64,000 nucleotides of DNA from Acidobacteriota bacterium (GCA_037439425.1 JBBIWA010000021.1:842-64841); one strand, 5' to 3'. Counted from the stretch's first letter, positions 8,707 through 19,474 are shown. Made by a program: numbers and translations. Notes: a model not told the origin generated them from the letters alone.

Positions 8707-9909
8707 GTGTCCAGAGCAATTTCAATGGTAGTGATTGGACGGAGCCTGAGCCAGCAGGAGCGCGCCCATCTGCGCAGTGCCAGCCAGGCCCCGCTCTCGA
8801 TTATGGCTGAGTTGCCAGCTTCTCCGCAGGCCGTAGAGGAGTTGAATCGCCTGCGCCCACAGGCGGCGCTGGTGATCCTCAATGGAGGAGTTGAGCACAA
8901 CTTCCAGTTAGTGGAGCGCATCCGGCAGGAACTGCCCGAAACAGCCATCGTTTGCTCAAGTGAAGACGCTTCACCCGATATCATTCTGCAATCATTCCGC
9001 TCCGGCGCCATCGAGTTCCTCCGCCAGCCGATGACTGAAGCTGAGATCAGCGCTGTCTTTGCCAAGCTCGAGCAGATCCGCGCGCGCCCGGCTGAAGAAG
9101 GGCATCAGGGCCGTGTGATTGCTGTCTATGCCAGCAAAGGCGGTGGGGGCACTACCTTTGTGGCGGCCAATCTGGCAGCGAGTCTGGCGCGGCTGTCGCA
9201 CAAGCGCGCCTGCATTGTGGATCTGAATCTCCAGGCCGGCGATCAACCGCTCTATCTGGGGCTGGAACCGAGCTATTCGATCTATGATGTGGTGCGCAAC
9301 TTCGACCGGCTCGATGAAGAGTTGTTGATGAGCTATTTGACCCAGCGCCCCAACACCAAGCTGCTCTCTTTGCTCGCTGCGCCACTGGAAGTTGGCCGGG
9401 ATGAGGACATCAAGACAGAACATATCACGCGCATCATCACGCTGCTGCGGTCGCAGGTGGAATATGTGGTGCTGGATCCGCAGCACACCCTGACGGAACT
9501 GACCATCGCGGCGCTGGATCTGGCCGATGATCTGATTCTGCTGCTGACGCTGGATATCCCTTCCATCCGCAGCGCCAAACGTGCGCTGGACATCTTCACG
9601 CGGCTGGGCTACGACCACAACCGGATCAAGGTGGTGCTCAACCGCTACACGAAGACACCAGAGTTTGAGATCACGCAGGTTGAAAAGGTGCTGGAATGCT
9701 CGATCTTCGCTATCCTCTCGAACGATTATCATTCAGCGATTGCTTCGATCAATGTCGGCGAACCACTGGTGCAATCCAAGATTCAATCTCGGCTGGTGCG
9801 CGAGTTCACCTCACTGGCGAGCCGTTTGAGCGGGATCAGCTCGCCGGATGAGACTTCGAGCCCGGCACCTGACCGCCGCCGGAAATGGTGGCTGGCTAAT
9901 CTTTGGTAA
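8707..9909 (+). CDS. cpaE: CpaE/TadZ: atypical receiver domain plus ParA/MinD-like ATPase
   Basis: It carries the deviant Walker [22 protein letters not shown]. The receiver-like N-domain lacks acidic pocket residues. The GTG at 8707 is preceded by AGAGGA; the track start at 8662 and the ATG at 8725 are alternatives. Confidence 0.8.
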   Translation: MSRAISMVVIGRSLSQQERAHLRSASQAPLSIMAELPASPQAVEELNRLRPQAALVILNGGVEHNFQLVERIRQELPETAIVCSSEDASPDIILQSFRSGAIEFLRQPMTEAEISAVFAKLEQIRARPAEEGHQGRVIAVYASKGGGGTTFVAANLAASLARLSHKRACIVDLNLQAGDQPLYLGLEPSYSIYDVVRNFDRLDEELLMSYLTQRPNTKLLSLLAAPLEVGRDEDIKTEHITRIITLLRSQVEYVVLDPQHTLTELTIAALDLADDLILLLTLDIPSIRSAKRALDIFTRLGYDHNRIKVVLNRYTKTPEFEITQVEKVLECSIFAILSNDYHSAIASINVGEPLVQSKIQSRLVREFTSLASRLSGISSPDETSSPAPDRRRKWWLANLW

Positions 9910-10000
9910 AAACGGAGGCTGTTGATGGGTCCGCAGCGGGCAGCAGCACACAGCTTTGGGTGCTTGCCCTGATGAGCCGACCCATCCTCTGACACCCGAA

Positions 10001-11332
10001 ATGGCAACCCTCAGATCGCGATTGGAGCGCGAGCAGCTCTTATCCATGCAACGACGCGGAGTGGCCGACTCAAGTGAGTTCCAGGAGCTCAAGGCCCGCG
10101 TCCACCGGAAATTGATCAACCGGCTCGACCTGGCTCAGATCGAGTCAGCCGAGCAGACGGTGCTGCAGAACACCGTCAAAAAAGAGATTGAAAGGATCCT
10201 GGGCGAGGAGAACGCGCCGCTGAGCGCTCTGGAGCGCGAGCGATTGCAAACCGAGGTGCTCAATGAGCTGTTCGGTCTCGGCCCGCTGGAGCCGCTGCTG
10301 GAAGACCCCACGATCTCGGATATCCTGGTCAACGGCTACCGGAATGTTTACATCGAGCGTCACGGCAAACTGGAACCGGCCGATGCGGCCTTCAAGGATG
10401 ACAATCACCTGATGCAGATCATTGACCGCATCGTCTCGCGCGTAGGTCGGCGAATTGACGAATCATCGCCGATGGTGGATGCGCGCTTGCCTGACGGCTC
10501 GCGCGTCAATGCGATCATTCCACCGCTGGCGCTCGATGGCCCGGTGCTTTCGATTCGCCGCTTTGGCGTTGACGCGTTGAAGATGGAGAAACTGCTGGAG
10601 CTGGGAACGCTCACTCCGCCGCTGGTCCGGTTGCTGGAAGCTTGCGTCAAGTCACGGCTCAATATCCTGATCTCGGGTGGCACGGGAGCCGGTAAGACGA
10701 CGCTGCTTAACTGTCTCTCGTCCTATATTCCAGAGGACGAGCGCTTGGTGACGATTGAAGATTCCGCCGAGTTGCGGTTGCAGCAGCCACACGTGGTGCG
10801 CCTGGAGACGCGCCCGCCCAACATCGAAGGCAAGGGCGAGATTACGCAGCGCCAACTGCTGCGCAACGCGCTGCGGATGCGTCCCGACCGGATTATCGTG
10901 GGCGAGGTGCGCGGCGAGGAAGCAATTGATATGCTGCAAGCCATGAATACAGGCCACGATGGAGGAATGACGACCATCCACGCCAACAGCCCGCGTGACG
11001 CGCTGTCGCGCCTGGAGACGATGATCTCGATGGCTGGGCTACGCCTCTCGGATAGGGCCATGCGTCAGCAGATCAGCTCGGCGATCAATCTGGTGATTCA
11101 AGTCTCGCGTCTGGGCGATGGTTCGCGCAAACTGATCAGTCTTTCGGAGATCACCGGCATGGAAGGCGAAGTCATTACCATGCAGGATATATATACCTTC
11201 CAGCGCACCGGTCTCGGTCCGGGCGGCAAAGTCCTGGGCTATTTCCGACCTACGGGCATCCGTCCGCGTTTCTGTGAACGGCTCGCGCTTTACGGCTACG
11301 AGCTGCCGCCAGAGGTCTTTCAGGGATTCTGA
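10001..11332 (+). CDS. cpaF: Tad secretion ATPase CpaF/TadA
   Basis: Walker A is [14 protein letters not shown]. Walker B / Asp box is [13 protein letters not shown] His box is also present (..[15 protein letters not shown].., [15 protein letters not shown]). Confidence 0.9.
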   Translation: MATLRSRLEREQLLSMQRRGVADSSEFQELKARVHRKLINRLDLAQIESAEQTVLQNTVKKEIERILGEENAPLSALERERLQTEVLNELFGLGPLEPLLEDPTISDILVNGYRNVYIERHGKLEPADAAFKDDNHLMQIIDRIVSRVGRRIDESSPMVDARLPDGSRVNAIIPPLALDGPVLSIRRFGVDALKMEKLLELGTLTPPLVRLLEACVKSRLNILISGGTGAGKTTLLNCLSSYIPEDERLVTIEDSAELRLQQPHVVRLETRPPNIEGKGEITQRQLLRNALRMRPDRIIVGEVRGEEAIDMLQAMNTGHDGGMTTIHANSPRDALSRLETMISMAGLRLSDRAMRQQISSAINLVIQVSRLGDGSRKLISLSEITGMEGEVITMQDIYTFQRTGLGPGGKVLGYFRPTGIRPRFCERLALYGYELPPEVFQGF

Positions 11333-11395
11333 AGTTATGGGTGGCCGCCACGCTCGTGGCTAGCTCGCAGCTCTCTCATTGAGCAGTCTAGGTTT

Positions 11396-12445
11396 ATGAG
11401 TAAACGGGTCTCCATTGTCGTTGGCCTTGTGCTGTTTTTGCTGACCGTCTTGGTGTGGAGCTGGCTGCCGCCCACGGTCTCAGCCTACGTTTTTCTTGCT
11501 CTTTCGCTGCTTTTTCTCACGGTGGCTTTCTATTACTTCGTCAGCCGCGACGTAGAACGTTATCGCCGCCGGGTTGAGGAGCGTTTGAAGCAACTGCTGG
11601 AAGGGCAGGAGCAGGCTGTCAGCCAACGCGAGATCAAGTTGCTCAAACAGGAGCTGCTCAGCGAGATCCCGCTCTTTCACCGCTTGTTGCTGCGCTTTGA
11701 GGTCTTCAACCGGTTGCAGGAGTTGCTGCGCCAGGCCGAGTTGAGGATCGTGGTCAATACCTTCATTCTCAGCAGCCTGATTATCGGCCTGATAGTCGGG
11801 ACGCTGGTTTTCCTCTTCACCAATTCGCTGTTTGTGACTCTGGTGAGTATGGGCGTAGCGACTTTGACGCCGTTGTTTTGGGTGCTGCGGCGGCGGCGCA
11901 GGCGCTTCCGCCTGATCCTTGAGCAGTTGCCTGATGCGCTGGAACTGATGGTCCGTTCGCTTCAGGCCGGGCACAGTTTCAGCTCGGCTTTGCAGATGGT
12001 GGCAACAGAGATGCCCGATCCGATTGCGCGCGAATTCGGCAAAGCTTATGAGGAACAGAATCTGGGGTTGAGCCTCAAGATTGCGCTGGAGAATCTGGTG
12101 GAGCGGCTGCCGATTCTCGATCTCAAGCTCTGCGTCACAGCTATCTTGATTCAGCGCGAGGTCGGCGGCAATCTCTCCGAAGTGCTGCGCAACATCAGCT
12201 ATACCGTCCGCGAGCGATTCCGTATCCAGGGCGAGATTCGTGTCAAATCAGCGCAAGCTCGCCTCTCCGGCTATATCGTCAGCGCGCTGCCGTTTGTCTT
12301 GTTCTTCATACTTAACATCGCGAATCCAGAATATTTGAGGACGCTGTATGAGCATCCAGCCGGGATGCAGATCCTCGGCACAGCGATAGTGTTGCAACTG
12401 ATCGGCTGGCTGATCATCCGGCGCATTATCAAGATCGAGATTTGA
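11396..12445 (+). CDS. tadB: TadB (T2SS-F-domain inner-membrane platform protein)
   Basis: It contains a GspF-like domain ([25 protein letters not shown]) and TM segments. Its position after cpaF fits. Confidence 0.85.
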   Translation: MSKRVSIVVGLVLFLLTVLVWSWLPPTVSAYVFLALSLLFLTVAFYYFVSRDVERYRRRVEERLKQLLEGQEQAVSQREIKLLKQELLSEIPLFHRLLLRFEVFNRLQELLRQAELRIVVNTFILSSLIIGLIVGTLVFLFTNSLFVTLVSMGVATLTPLFWVLRRRRRRFRLILEQLPDALELMVRSLQAGHSFSSALQMVATEMPDPIAREFGKAYEEQNLGLSLKIALENLVERLPILDLKLCVTAILIQREVGGNLSEVLRNISYTVRERFRIQGEIRVKSAQARLSGYIVSALPFVLFFILNIANPEYLRTLYEHPAGMQILGTAIVLQLIGWLIIRRIIKIEI

Positions 12446-12512
12446 AGTTGGGTCTGCGGGTGCTGCCGCGCGCCCGAGCGGCCATCTCCGGCCCCGATCC
12501 AACACCTGAGCT

Positions 12513-13445
12513 ATGGACTGGCACCTTTTGCTCTTCAATACCACGCTTCTGCTGGCGATCTTCTCTCTAGCGCTGGCCATCTACTGGTGGGCGACACAAC
12601 CAGCCAGCCCGGTTGACGAACGGCTCAAAGAGATCAACCCGCGAGTGAGTCAGGAGTTAAGCCCACCTCAGGTGAGCAAGGTGATCGTCGAACACGTCGC
12701 CAAACCCATCTCTCAGCTCGCGCCGCCCTCGCCGCGCAACGTGCGCCGGTTGCGCCGCCGCCTGATTCGCGCCGGTCTTCTCAACGAAAACGCCGTCTTC
12801 ATCTACAGTGCCATCCGTCTGGCTTCAGCGATCTTTTTTCCTGCTGTGACCGTAGTGGCGCTGATCATCACGCGCCGCACTTTTGATACCTCAGCTATAG
12901 CGTTGCTGCTGATTGCCATTGGCTTTGGACTCTACCTCCCGTCGTTTGTGCTCTCGCACCTGGTCAGCAGGAGACAGAGGCAAATTGTGCGCGCCTTACC
13001 TGATGCGCTCGATCTGATGGTCGTGTGTGTGGAGGCTGGATTGGGACTCAATGCGGCGCTGCAAAGAGTCGGGCGGGAGATGGAGCTGGTTGAACCAGCG
13101 CTCGCTTACGAGTTGATGATTACCAATCGCGAAATCCGCGCCGGTAAACCACGCGACGAAGCGCTGCGCAATCTGGGTGATCGCACGGGCATTGATGACT
13201 TGAAATCGCTGGTGGCGATGCTCATTCAGTCGGATCGCTTCGGGACTTCGATTGCCGACAGCTTGCGTGTCTTTGCCGATTCCCTGCGCACCAAACGGCG
13301 GCAGCGGGCAGAAGAATTGGTCTCGAAGGCGACAATCAAGTTGCTTTTTCCCTTGCTCTTATTTATCTTTCCAGCATTGTTGATAGTTCTGCTGGGTCCG
13401 GCCTTGATTATCATGTACGGTGTGCTGAGTCAATTGGCCGAGTAA
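12513..13445 (+). CDS. tadC: TadC (T2SS-F-domain inner-membrane platform protein)
   Basis: It contains [25 protein letters not shown] and TM segments. It is a paralogue of tadB. Confidence 0.85.
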   Translation: MDWHLLLFNTTLLLAIFSLALAIYWWATQPASPVDERLKEINPRVSQELSPPQVSKVIVEHVAKPISQLAPPSPRNVRRLRRRLIRAGLLNENAVFIYSAIRLASAIFFPAVTVVALIITRRTFDTSAIALLLIAIGFGLYLPSFVLSHLVSRRQRQIVRALPDALDLMVVCVEAGLGLNAALQRVGREMELVEPALAYELMITNREIRAGKPRDEALRNLGDRTGIDDLKSLVAMLIQSDRFGTSIADSLRVFADSLRTKRRQRAEELVSKATIKLLFPLLLFIFPALLIVLLGPALIIMYGVLSQLAE

Positions 13446-13773
13446 GGTGTGGGGTAGCCCCGTGCAGGCTCGCATATGACGGGCTTCGGCTGAGCGCAGA
13501 AGAACAAGCTCAGAAACCGAGTTGGGCCTAAGCGAAACCCAAGCACGGACGGTTTGACGGTGGTCATGGTCCACCGCTTTGTAACTATGCCATCATCCAG
13601 TGAGCGTGTCACGAGATAAAAACGCCCAGCACGGTGGTGGCTACGTCGGCTGGTAAAACACGCCCGTTTCAGTTGGTGGCTCTCTACTTGAGAGCTCAGT
13701 CTCAAGTAAGTCACGGCTGACTGTGAAACGGGAACTTTCTATATTTTTCTACGAGAAAGGTAGCAGATGCCCC

Positions 13774-13938
13774 ATGAGCATGTTGTCGGCTTTGCTCTGG
13801 CAACAAGGACCAGAAGCACAGCCAGACCTGACGTTGAACTGGATCATTATTGGCGTGCTCTTGGTAATTGCCGCCATTCTGGGTGTGATCGTAATCAGGC
13901 GTCGGATGCGTGAGCAGGATGACGATTACGATGTTTAG
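13774..13938 (+). CDS. Small single-pass membrane protein (hypothetical)
   Basis: One TM segment (LNWIIIGVLLVIAAILGVIVI) is followed by RRRMREQDDDYDV. GAAAGG lies upstream of the ATG at 13774. Confidence 0.4.
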   Translation: MSMLSALLWQQGPEAQPDLTLNWIIIGVLLVIAAILGVIVIRRRMREQDDDYDV

Positions 13939-14023
13939 GTAAAGCGGGAGACCAGGCAGGAGAGGCTATCCAGCTGCGGCTCCGCAGCGACTACTTGGCG
14001 GCGCTGGGGACAGTCGATGCCTC

Positions 14024-14407
14024 TTGCCCACATATCTCCTGATTCGGATGATCAAGATCTACCACTGCGCGACTGGCCAATGTCTAGCTGAGCGTGTTAT
14101 TGTGGCTAATACTTTCTGGAAACGGTTGCGCGGCCTGCTCGGTCGTCGCCGTCTTGCCCCAGCTGAGGCGCTCTGGTTGCGCCCCTGCAATGGAGTTCAC
14201 ACCATCGGCATGGTCTTCGCCATTGATGCGATCTTCCTCGACGAGCAGCTGCGCATCGTCAAGGTGGTTGAGAATCTGCGTCCCTTCCGGTTGGCGCTAC
14301 CGCATCGGCGCGCCCACAGCGTCTTGGAGATGGCAGCGCACTCGGCCGAAAGAGCCGAGCTCAAAGTTGGCGATCAACTGGACATCGTCAGGTTAAATGC
14401 GAAATGA
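14024..14407 (+). CDS. DUF192 (COG1430) family protein
   Basis: The sequence ..ANTFWKRLRGLLGRR.L...ALWL.PCNGVHTIGMVFAIDAIFLD.. is typical of DUF192. Its stop overlaps the next start (ATGA). Confidence 0.7.
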   Translation: MPTYLLIRMIKIYHCATGQCLAERVIVANTFWKRLRGLLGRRRLAPAEALWLRPCNGVHTIGMVFAIDAIFLDEQLRIVKVVENLRPFRLALPHRRAHSVLEMAAHSAERAELKVGDQLDIVRLNAK

Positions 14408-16008
14408 TCGGCCGTGCAGAGCCCGGAGCGCAGACAGCAGATTTAAGCCACCCGCAGGGTGCGGTGCCAGTCGGTTGGACAGCGCGCTGGCTGATGCCTT
14501 CCATCGGCAGCCTCTGTTTGTTGCTGGTGCTTTACCTGCTGCTCATTGGGTCCTGGCGCTTTCTGCTCGATAGCGACACAGGATGGCATATCCGCACCGG
14601 CGACTTGATCTGGCAAACTCGCGCGGTGCCACGCCACGATCCTTTCTCTTTCACTATGCCAGGCCAGGAGTGGTTTGCCTGGGAATGGCTCGCCTGTGTG
14701 CTGATGTCGGCTGCGCATCGCGCCTACGGCCTGGCAGGCGTGGTGGGCGGAGCCGTGTTGTTGTTGTACGCCAGTTACGCAGCGCTTTATCGGCTCATGC
14801 TGTGGCGCGGTAGCGACGTCTTGATCGCTTGTGCGCTGACGCTGTTTGCGGCGCTGGCGTCAGTGGTCCACTGGCTGGCGCGACCGCATCTGTTTTCAAT
14901 AGCGCTGATGGTGGTCTGCTCTGCGCTGGTCGAAAGCTACCGCCGCCGTCGTTCGCGCTGGATTTACGCCGTCCCGCTGCTGCTGCTCCTCTGGGCCAAT
15001 TTGCACGCAGCCTTCATTGTCACCCTGCCGCTGCTGGCCATTTACGCAGCGGGTGAAGCGCTGGAATTGGCGAGCCGTCGCGAGAGGGAGAGCCGCCAGT
15101 GGCAGCAGGTGCTTCTCACCTACACTCTGGTGGGATTGCTTTCCGCCATCGCAGGGCTGGCGACGCCTTACGGCTGGCGGCTGTATGGACATCTGTGGCG
15201 CTATTTGAGCGATAGCGAGTTGCTGGCCGTCATCAATGAATTCCAGTCGCCTGACTTTCACAAGCTGGACGGCAAGCTGATTGAGCTGTTGCTGTTGCTA
15301 GGGGCAATTGCCGCTGCGCGCGCCTTTAGACAGCGGCGCTTCGTTGAGATCGGGCTGTTGGTGTTCTGGGCCCATCTCACGCTTCAAGCCGAGCGGCATG
15401 TGGCGCTGGCGGTGATAGTGATGGTGCCGATCATCGCCGAGCAGTGCAGCGCGATGCTTGGCGAAGCTGTCAGGCGATTATCCGGCGGCGATACACTGTG
15501 GGCCCGGCGATGGTGCGCGCTGCGCGCCTGGTATCGCGGCATTCTGGCAATCGATCGGCAAGTAACGGGCGCGTTTCTTCACCTGGCAGTCCCCATCTTT
15601 CTGCTGGTCGTGACAGGCAGCCGGTGGGCTGAGAAGCTGCTGCATCCGCGTTTCGATGCACAGCGGATGCCGGTCGCTGCAGCCGACTTTATCGCTGCGG
15701 CGAAGCTGAGCGGCAATCTTTACGCTCACGATCAGTATGGCGGGTATTTGATCTACCGGCTCTATCCGCAGATCAAAGTCTTCATTGACGGGCGCAGCGA
15801 TTTCTATCGCCGCGGCCAGGTCCTGGAGGATGCTATCAAGATCGCCACGCTCCAGCCCTCGTGGGCAGAAGTACTGGCTCGTTATGACGTGCGATGGATG
15901 CTACTGAGACGCGATGAGCCGCTGGCGCTGCTGGCGCAGATGAGCGGGCAGTGGGTGAGCATTTATCACGACTCCACGGCCCAGGTGCTTGTCAAGAAAC
16001 CCCTCTGA
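14404..16008 (+). CDS. Large polytopic membrane protein, GT-C-like, function unknown
   Basis: About 12 or more hydrophobic segments are present. The N-terminal loop reads DTGWHIRTGDLIWQTRAVPRHDPFSFTMPGQEWFAWEWL. It is translationally coupled to DUF192. Confidence 0.6.
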   Translation: MIGRAEPGAQTADLSHPQGAVPVGWTARWLMPSIGSLCLLLVLYLLLIGSWRFLLDSDTGWHIRTGDLIWQTRAVPRHDPFSFTMPGQEWFAWEWLACVLMSAAHRAYGLAGVVGGAVLLLYASYAALYRLMLWRGSDVLIACALTLFAALASVVHWLARPHLFSIALMVVCSALVESYRRRRSRWIYAVPLLLLLWANLHAAFIVTLPLLAIYAAGEALELASRRERESRQWQQVLLTYTLVGLLSAIAGLATPYGWRLYGHLWRYLSDSELLAVINEFQSPDFHKLDGKLIELLLLLGAIAAARAFRQRRFVEIGLLVFWAHLTLQAERHVALAVIVMVPIIAEQCSAMLGEAVRRLSGGDTLWARRWCALRAWYRGILAIDRQVTGAFLHLAVPIFLLVVTGSRWAEKLLHPRFDAQRMPVAAADFIAAAKLSGNLYAHDQYGGYLIYRLYPQIKVFIDGRSDFYRRGQVLEDAIKIATLQPSWAEVLARYDVRWMLLRRDEPLALLAQMSGQWVSIYHDSTAQVLVKKPL

Positions 16009-16082
16009 CAGGTGATGAGCGGCGAGTGAGACGATACTTTTCGCTGCAATTCATCACTGCTTCTAAGAAAGGTGTGTCAGCT

Positions 16083-17147
16083 ATGAACCCCAAGAGATTT
16101 TTCCGCAACCTGTGTGAAAACGCGACTACTGCCGCTATCATCTTGGCGCTGCTAATTGCCATACCGCTATCCTTCCCCGGCTTCAGGCCGAGAATTGGTC
16201 CGGCACTCAACTCGATAGCGACGCTGCAAGCTATAGACGAGGATCAGACAGAGCCCCAGCAAGCTGCTTCCAGCGGCGGAAACACCTTCAAAAAAGTCGT
16301 CTCGGCTCCAGTTCGATTCTTTGCGCGCCTGTTCAAAGGCAAAGGGAAGGAAGAAGACAAGAAGCTGATCGTCAGCAAACCGACGGCCAAGCAGATCGAA
16401 TCCTTCCAGGTCACCCCTGTGATCCGCATTCGGAATGGCGAAGAGAAGGAGACTGAAGAAAGCGAACCGGCCGGAACCGATCTCGCAGCCACGGCGATGG
16501 CTGAGCGTGCTGCGGCTGTCGCCTTTGATCAAGGGATCGCACTTCGCGAAAAAGGGCAGCTTAATGCCGCAGTAGAGAAATTCATCTCGGCTGCTGCGCT
16601 CCGACCCAACTTTGCTGAAGCCTACAATATGTTGGGCGTTTGTTATGACGAGAAGGGGATGTATGAGGTAGCACAGAAAGAATATAAAAAGGCGCTCCGG
16701 CTGGAGCCTTATAATGCGCGCTTCCTCAACAACCTAGGCTACTCCTACTACCTTGCTGGCCGCTACAAAGATGCTATCAAGTGGTATCAGAAAGCGCTCA
16801 AACTCACGCCCGCAGATCGCCGCCTGCATAACAACCTGGGGCTAGCTTATGGCCGCAAGGGCGATTATGTTCGTGCGCTGGAACACTTCACCATCGCGGT
16901 AGGCGAAACCGCAGCGCATCTCAACCTGGGTTATGTCTACAGCCAGCAGAACCGGTTTGAAGATGCGATCCGGCATTATGAGATTGCCCTGCGCGCGCAG
17001 CCACAATCGCTTACCGCGCTCTCGAATCTGGCTCAGCTTTACGAACGAGTCGGGCGCGTGCGAGAAGCGCTTCAGCTTGGCGAAGAGTATAAGAAGCTCA
17101 GCCTGACGCGTGAGGCGCGCGATCAGACTGCCGAGCACAAGGAGTAG
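16083..17147 (+). CDS. TPR-repeat protein with N-terminal membrane anchor (possible TadD analogue)
   Basis: Several TPR units are visible (AEAYNMLGVCYDEKGMYEVAQKEYKKALRLEP.., ARFLNNLGYSYYLAGRYKDAIKWYQKALKL..). The ATG at 16083 (MNPKRFF..TM) is preferred over the track start at 15951, which overlaps the previous gene. Confidence 0.75.
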   Translation: MNPKRFFRNLCENATTAAIILALLIAIPLSFPGFRPRIGPALNSIATLQAIDEDQTEPQQAASSGGNTFKKVVSAPVRFFARLFKGKGKEEDKKLIVSKPTAKQIESFQVTPVIRIRNGEEKETEESEPAGTDLAATAMAERAAAVAFDQGIALREKGQLNAAVEKFISAAALRPNFAEAYNMLGVCYDEKGMYEVAQKEYKKALRLEPYNARFLNNLGYSYYLAGRYKDAIKWYQKALKLTPADRRLHNNLGLAYGRKGDYVRALEHFTIAVGETAAHLNLGYVYSQQNRFEDAIRHYEIALRAQPQSLTALSNLAQLYERVGRVREALQLGEEYKKLSLTREARDQTAEHKE

Positions 17148-17200
17148 CGCGCAACCAGGCGGGAGAAGGTTCTCCTGCGGAATTGGTGATGTTGCGTGCC

Positions 17201-17421
17201 CTTCGTGGTTCATTTTCCGCAGGAGTCAGGACTCTTTCATGTCGTCACGGATGACGCCCTGAGATGATTAAAAACTTGGAGCGCACGCTTGCGAGCGTGC
17301 TCGGTCTGCAGAACCTGGGAGCACACGCTTCTAGCGTGCTTGGTTGGCGGCAGCAGCTCACTTGATGAAGCTGAGCACGCCCGGAGGCGTGCCTGTCCAG
17401 GATTTTCCGCAGGAGGCTTTT
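17201..17421 (+). repeat. Copy B of the GC-rich palindromic repeat family (most complete copy)
   Basis: ATTTTCCGCAGGAG occurs at both ends (17211-17224 and 17402-17415). Hairpins lie at 17278-17302 (GAGCGCACGCTTGCGAGCGTGCTC), 17319-17341 (GAGCACACGCTTCTAGCGTGCTT), 17355-17376 and 17373-17393 (GAGCACGCCCGGAGGCGTGCC). The copy ends 4 nt before the ATG at 17422. Confidence 0.8.
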
Positions 17422-18186
17422 ATGAAACGAATTGCCAGTTTTGGCCTGTTCATTATCATAGCGTGCGCCTCGCTGGCCAGCGCCTCTGCCCAGACGTCGG
17501 CCGCTAAGCCACGGGAGACGCTGACAAATGAAGCGATCATCAAATTGACCAAAGCGCGATTCAAGGAGCGAACGATCATTGCCCTGATCCGTACCTCGCC
17601 CACCGCTTTCGACCTTTCGACGGCCAAGCTGATTGAACTGAAGCAACGCGGCGTGAGCGAGCGTGTGATGATGGAAATGATCGAGCGACAGTCGGGCAGT
17701 GCGGGATCGCAGGGCTTCGCCTCGCTCAGGGATGATGAATTCTTCAGGGCTGATGACGAGGCTTTTTTCAACTCCCCGCCCATGCGTCTGGATCAGCGCG
17801 ATGAGAAGTCAGCCAAAGAGAATGACACACCGGTCTTCGGCTCTCGTTCCGGTTCCAAGAGCAAGACCAGCTCACGCGGCCTCGGCAGCAGCGGCGAGCG
17901 GGCTGGTGAGACAGAACTACTCGGCACAGCCACCGTGCGCATTGTGCGCCCACCGAACGAGACAGGTGGACCGAAGCTTGAGCGGGCAGCCAAACTCGAT
18001 AATCAAGCGATCATTGATCTGGTACAGGCTGGTTTCTCCGAAGGCACCATTCTGCGCAAGATCGAGTTCACTCAAGTCGAGTTCGATCTCTCTCCTCAAG
18101 CGGTGGCCGAGCTGCGCCGGAATCGCGTGAGCGAACGCATTATCAAAGCCATGACTGAGGCGATGAGCGACAGTCCTAAACCGTGA
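17422..18186 (+). CDS. Secreted protein with two ~58-aa internal repeats (uncharacterised domain)
   Basis: The signal peptide is [23 protein letters not shown]. Repeat 1 is [55 protein letters not shown]. Repeat 2 is [55 protein letters not shown]. An SD AGGAGG is present. Confidence 0.7.
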   Translation: MKRIASFGLFIIIACASLASASAQTSAAKPRETLTNEAIIKLTKARFKERTIIALIRTSPTAFDLSTAKLIELKQRGVSERVMMEMIERQSGSAGSQGFASLRDDEFFRADDEAFFNSPPMRLDQRDEKSAKENDTPVFGSRSGSKSKTSSRGLGSSGERAGETELLGTATVRIVRPPNETGGPKLERAAKLDNQAIIDLVQAGFSEGTILRKIEFTQVEFDLSPQAVAELRRNRVSERIIKAMTEAMSDSPKP

Positions 18187-18216
18187 GAAATGACAGGGGG
18201 CATTCCTGCCATCTAT

Positions 18217-18264
18217 ATTTCGGATTTCGGACTCAGGAATTTCGGATCTCATTTTGCAATTCGC
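18217..18264. repeat. AT-rich short-repeat cluster (ATTTCGGAT / AATTCGCA type)
   Basis: The sequence ATTTCGGATTTCGGACTCAGGAATTTCGGATCTCATTTTGCAATTCGCA lies immediately 5' of the vWA gene start. Confidence 0.6.
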
Positions 18265-19305
18265 ATGTGTCACAGATGGCTCACAATCGGGATGCTCTTG
18301 CTGGCACTTCCAGGCGCGGTGGGAGATTGCTGGGGGCAAACGAAGCCGGAGACGGCTCAGAGCGAGAGAGCGCCACAGGATAAGGCTGAAGCGGTGCCCA
18401 CCATCTCGATTGAGACTCGCGAGGTGATCTTGCCCGTCACTGTGCGCGACAGCAGTGGCAGGCTCGTCACTCAACTTCAAGCTGAGGATTTCACAATCTA
18501 CGAAGACGGTGTGCCCCAACCGATCACTTCGTTTGCGCTCAGGCAACTGCCCGTCCACGTGGTGCTGCTTGTTGACACCAGCAGCAGCGTGGCCCGCGAG
18601 TTGGAAGACTTCAAGGCCATTGCCTATCGCTTCATCACGCAGCTCGATCCTCAGGACCAGGTCTCGATTATCAAGTTCGACGATAAAGTAGAGCTGGTGC
18701 AGGACTGGACGAGCAATCGCACTGCATTGCATCGAGCGCTCAAGCGGCTTTCTGCAGGAATGTTCACCATGTTCAATGATGCGCTCTGGCTGGCAGCTCG
18801 CGAACAACTTGGCCGGATCAATGGGCGCAAAGCGATTATTGTGCTCACGGACGGGATCGATAGCGGGCGCGGCTATATCTCAACGCTGCAGGCTTTCCGC
18901 GCCCTGGTCGAAGCAGAGACAGCAGTCTACGTCGTCAGCAAGACGCGCATCCAGAGCCGGATTGAGCAAAACGAATTGGAGTTCTATCAAAACGCCTCAG
19001 CTTCATCGCGCGCGCTCAATCGCGTGCGAATAGACAGCCTCAAGGCATCGCTGGCCGCGCTGACCGAAAGTGAGCGCAAACTGGCGCGCCTGGCCGAGGA
19101 GACCGGTGGCCGCATCTTTCTGCCCGAAAGCTTTGATGAGCTGGAAGAGGCTTATAGGCAGGTTGCCGACGAATTGCGCCATCAATATGTCATCTCCTAC
19201 GCCCCTACCAATTCAACCCCTGACGGCCGCTATCGTACTATCCGCGTCAAGCTCCGCCACCCAGACTATCGCGCTACCACTCGCTTCGGTTACTACCTGC
19301 GCTAA
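18265..19305 (+). CDS. von Willebrand factor A domain protein (acidobacterial VWFA-type)
   Basis: The MIDAS motif is [11 protein letters not shown], with ..[11 protein letters not shown].. downstream. The conserved C-terminus reads [37 protein letters not shown]. The ATG at 18265 gives a signal-like N-terminus. Confidence 0.8.
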   Translation: MCHRWLTIGMLLLALPGAVGDCWGQTKPETAQSERAPQDKAEAVPTISIETREVILPVTVRDSSGRLVTQLQAEDFTIYEDGVPQPITSFALRQLPVHVVLLVDTSSSVARELEDFKAIAYRFITQLDPQDQVSIIKFDDKVELVQDWTSNRTALHRALKRLSAGMFTMFNDALWLAAREQLGRINGRKAIIVLTDGIDSGRGYISTLQAFRALVEAETAVYVVSKTRIQSRIEQNELEFYQNASASSRALNRVRIDSLKASLAALTESERKLARLAEETGGRIFLPESFDELEEAYRQVADELRHQYVISYAPTNSTPDGRYRTIRVKLRHPDYRATTRFGYYLR

Positions 19306-19349
19306 TTCGGGCTCCACATAGCTTGCTGCTGCAGCATTGTGCTCAACAG

Positions 19350-19396
19350 AAACAAAAACGGTAGCGATGGGCCCACGTCGGGCCGCCTCGCTACCG
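19350..19396 (-). terminator. Intrinsic terminator downstream of the TonB-dependent receptor gene
   Basis: On the minus strand, stem CGGTAGCGA...TCGCTACCG is followed by TTTTTGTTT. It lies 80 nt after the receptor stop. Confidence 0.6.
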
Positions 19397-19474
19397 CTCA
19401 CCGTCTAGAATAAGCGGGGGCAGGTTTGGAACTCGACCACTAACCTGCCAAACACGCTGCGGTGATAGCTTGGG

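Noticed and set aside
8992-9732. 246-aa minus-strand ORF.
   Set aside because: It is antisense to cpaE. Its Gln/Arg/His-rich composition is typical of reverse-frame translation.
17917-18807. 296-aa minus-strand ORF.
   Set aside because: It is antisense to the end of the 17422 gene and to the vWA gene. It is His/Arg-rich and low in complexity, with no motifs.
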